Shown one piece after another: positions 63,833 through 64,000 of a DNA stretch of 64,000 nucleotides. Under the pieces are notes generated by a model that searched no databases, was not told the DNA's origin, and saw only the letters and a program-made list of their open reading frames with translations. Each line of letters opens with the position of its first letter. The first letter of the stretch is position 1. Where the stretch lies: contig NC_081387.1 of NCBI RefSeq assembly GCF_030684315.1, positions 28,019,771 through 28,083,770 on the forward strand. Direction: 5' to 3'. The position numbers were made by a program, and so were the translations under genes. The stretch comes from Stegostoma tigrinum. Taxonomy: Eukaryota.

Positions 63833-64000
63833 CATCAATAATTAATTCATACTCTGCTTGCTGTAATTTGCCATTATGTTCTGTAATGCAGATATAAAGT
63901 CCACAGTCCTCGAACACAGCATCAGGAATATATAGAGTGGTATTGTCTTTGGACAGTCTATAAATAGTCACAGCACTGACATTGCCTTTCATCCATTCAT
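63833..64000 (-). CDS. Ig-5TM gene: membrane-proximal Ig domain exon (C2/I-set, CEACAM/CD2-like), truncated by the window end
   Basis: EWMKGNVSAVTIYRLSKDNTTLYIPDAVFEDCGLYICITEHNGKLQQAEYELIID has the Ig C-strand Trp, LSxDNxTLxI and DxGxYxC. Donor G|gtgagt, phase 1. Confidence 0.88.

Noticed and set aside
1-64000. Prokaryotic systems (CRISPR arrays, operons), rRNA or true tRNA genes
   Set aside because: The sequence is intron-containing vertebrate DNA. The tRNA-like boxes belong to SINE heads, and no regularly spaced repeat-spacer array was seen.

Overview
Eukaryotic, repeat-rich vertebrate DNA. The HE1/V-SINE-type SINEs, CR1 LINEs and Penelope-like elements suggest a cartilaginous fish (shark); this is inferred from repeat content. 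The window holds two convergent genes. (1) A complete six-coding-exon DAXX on + (ATG 537 to TGA 21803, 907 aa by my splice model), with a CCAAT-dense CpG-rich promoter and a probable ~4 kb 3' UTR. (2) On the - strand, the 3' part of a gene the ORF track mostly misses: a membrane-proximal Ig domain exon running off the window end, five phase-1 exons each encoding one transmembrane helix, and two short cytoplasmic-tail exons (stop at 32790). This Ig + 5TM layout is CD47-like, but the Ig domain looks CEACAM/C2-like. A 441-codon, phase-compatible exon with its own poly(A) signal (Thr-rich region, 11-mer amphipathic repeats, basic end) lies inside this gene and may be an alternative terminal exon. 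The rest is mostly decayed LINE, SINE and Penelope DNA; several Penelope ends carry hammerhead ribozyme cores and form hairpins. All exon models were derived by hand from GT-AG sites and reading phase, without transcript data; repeat boundaries are approximate.
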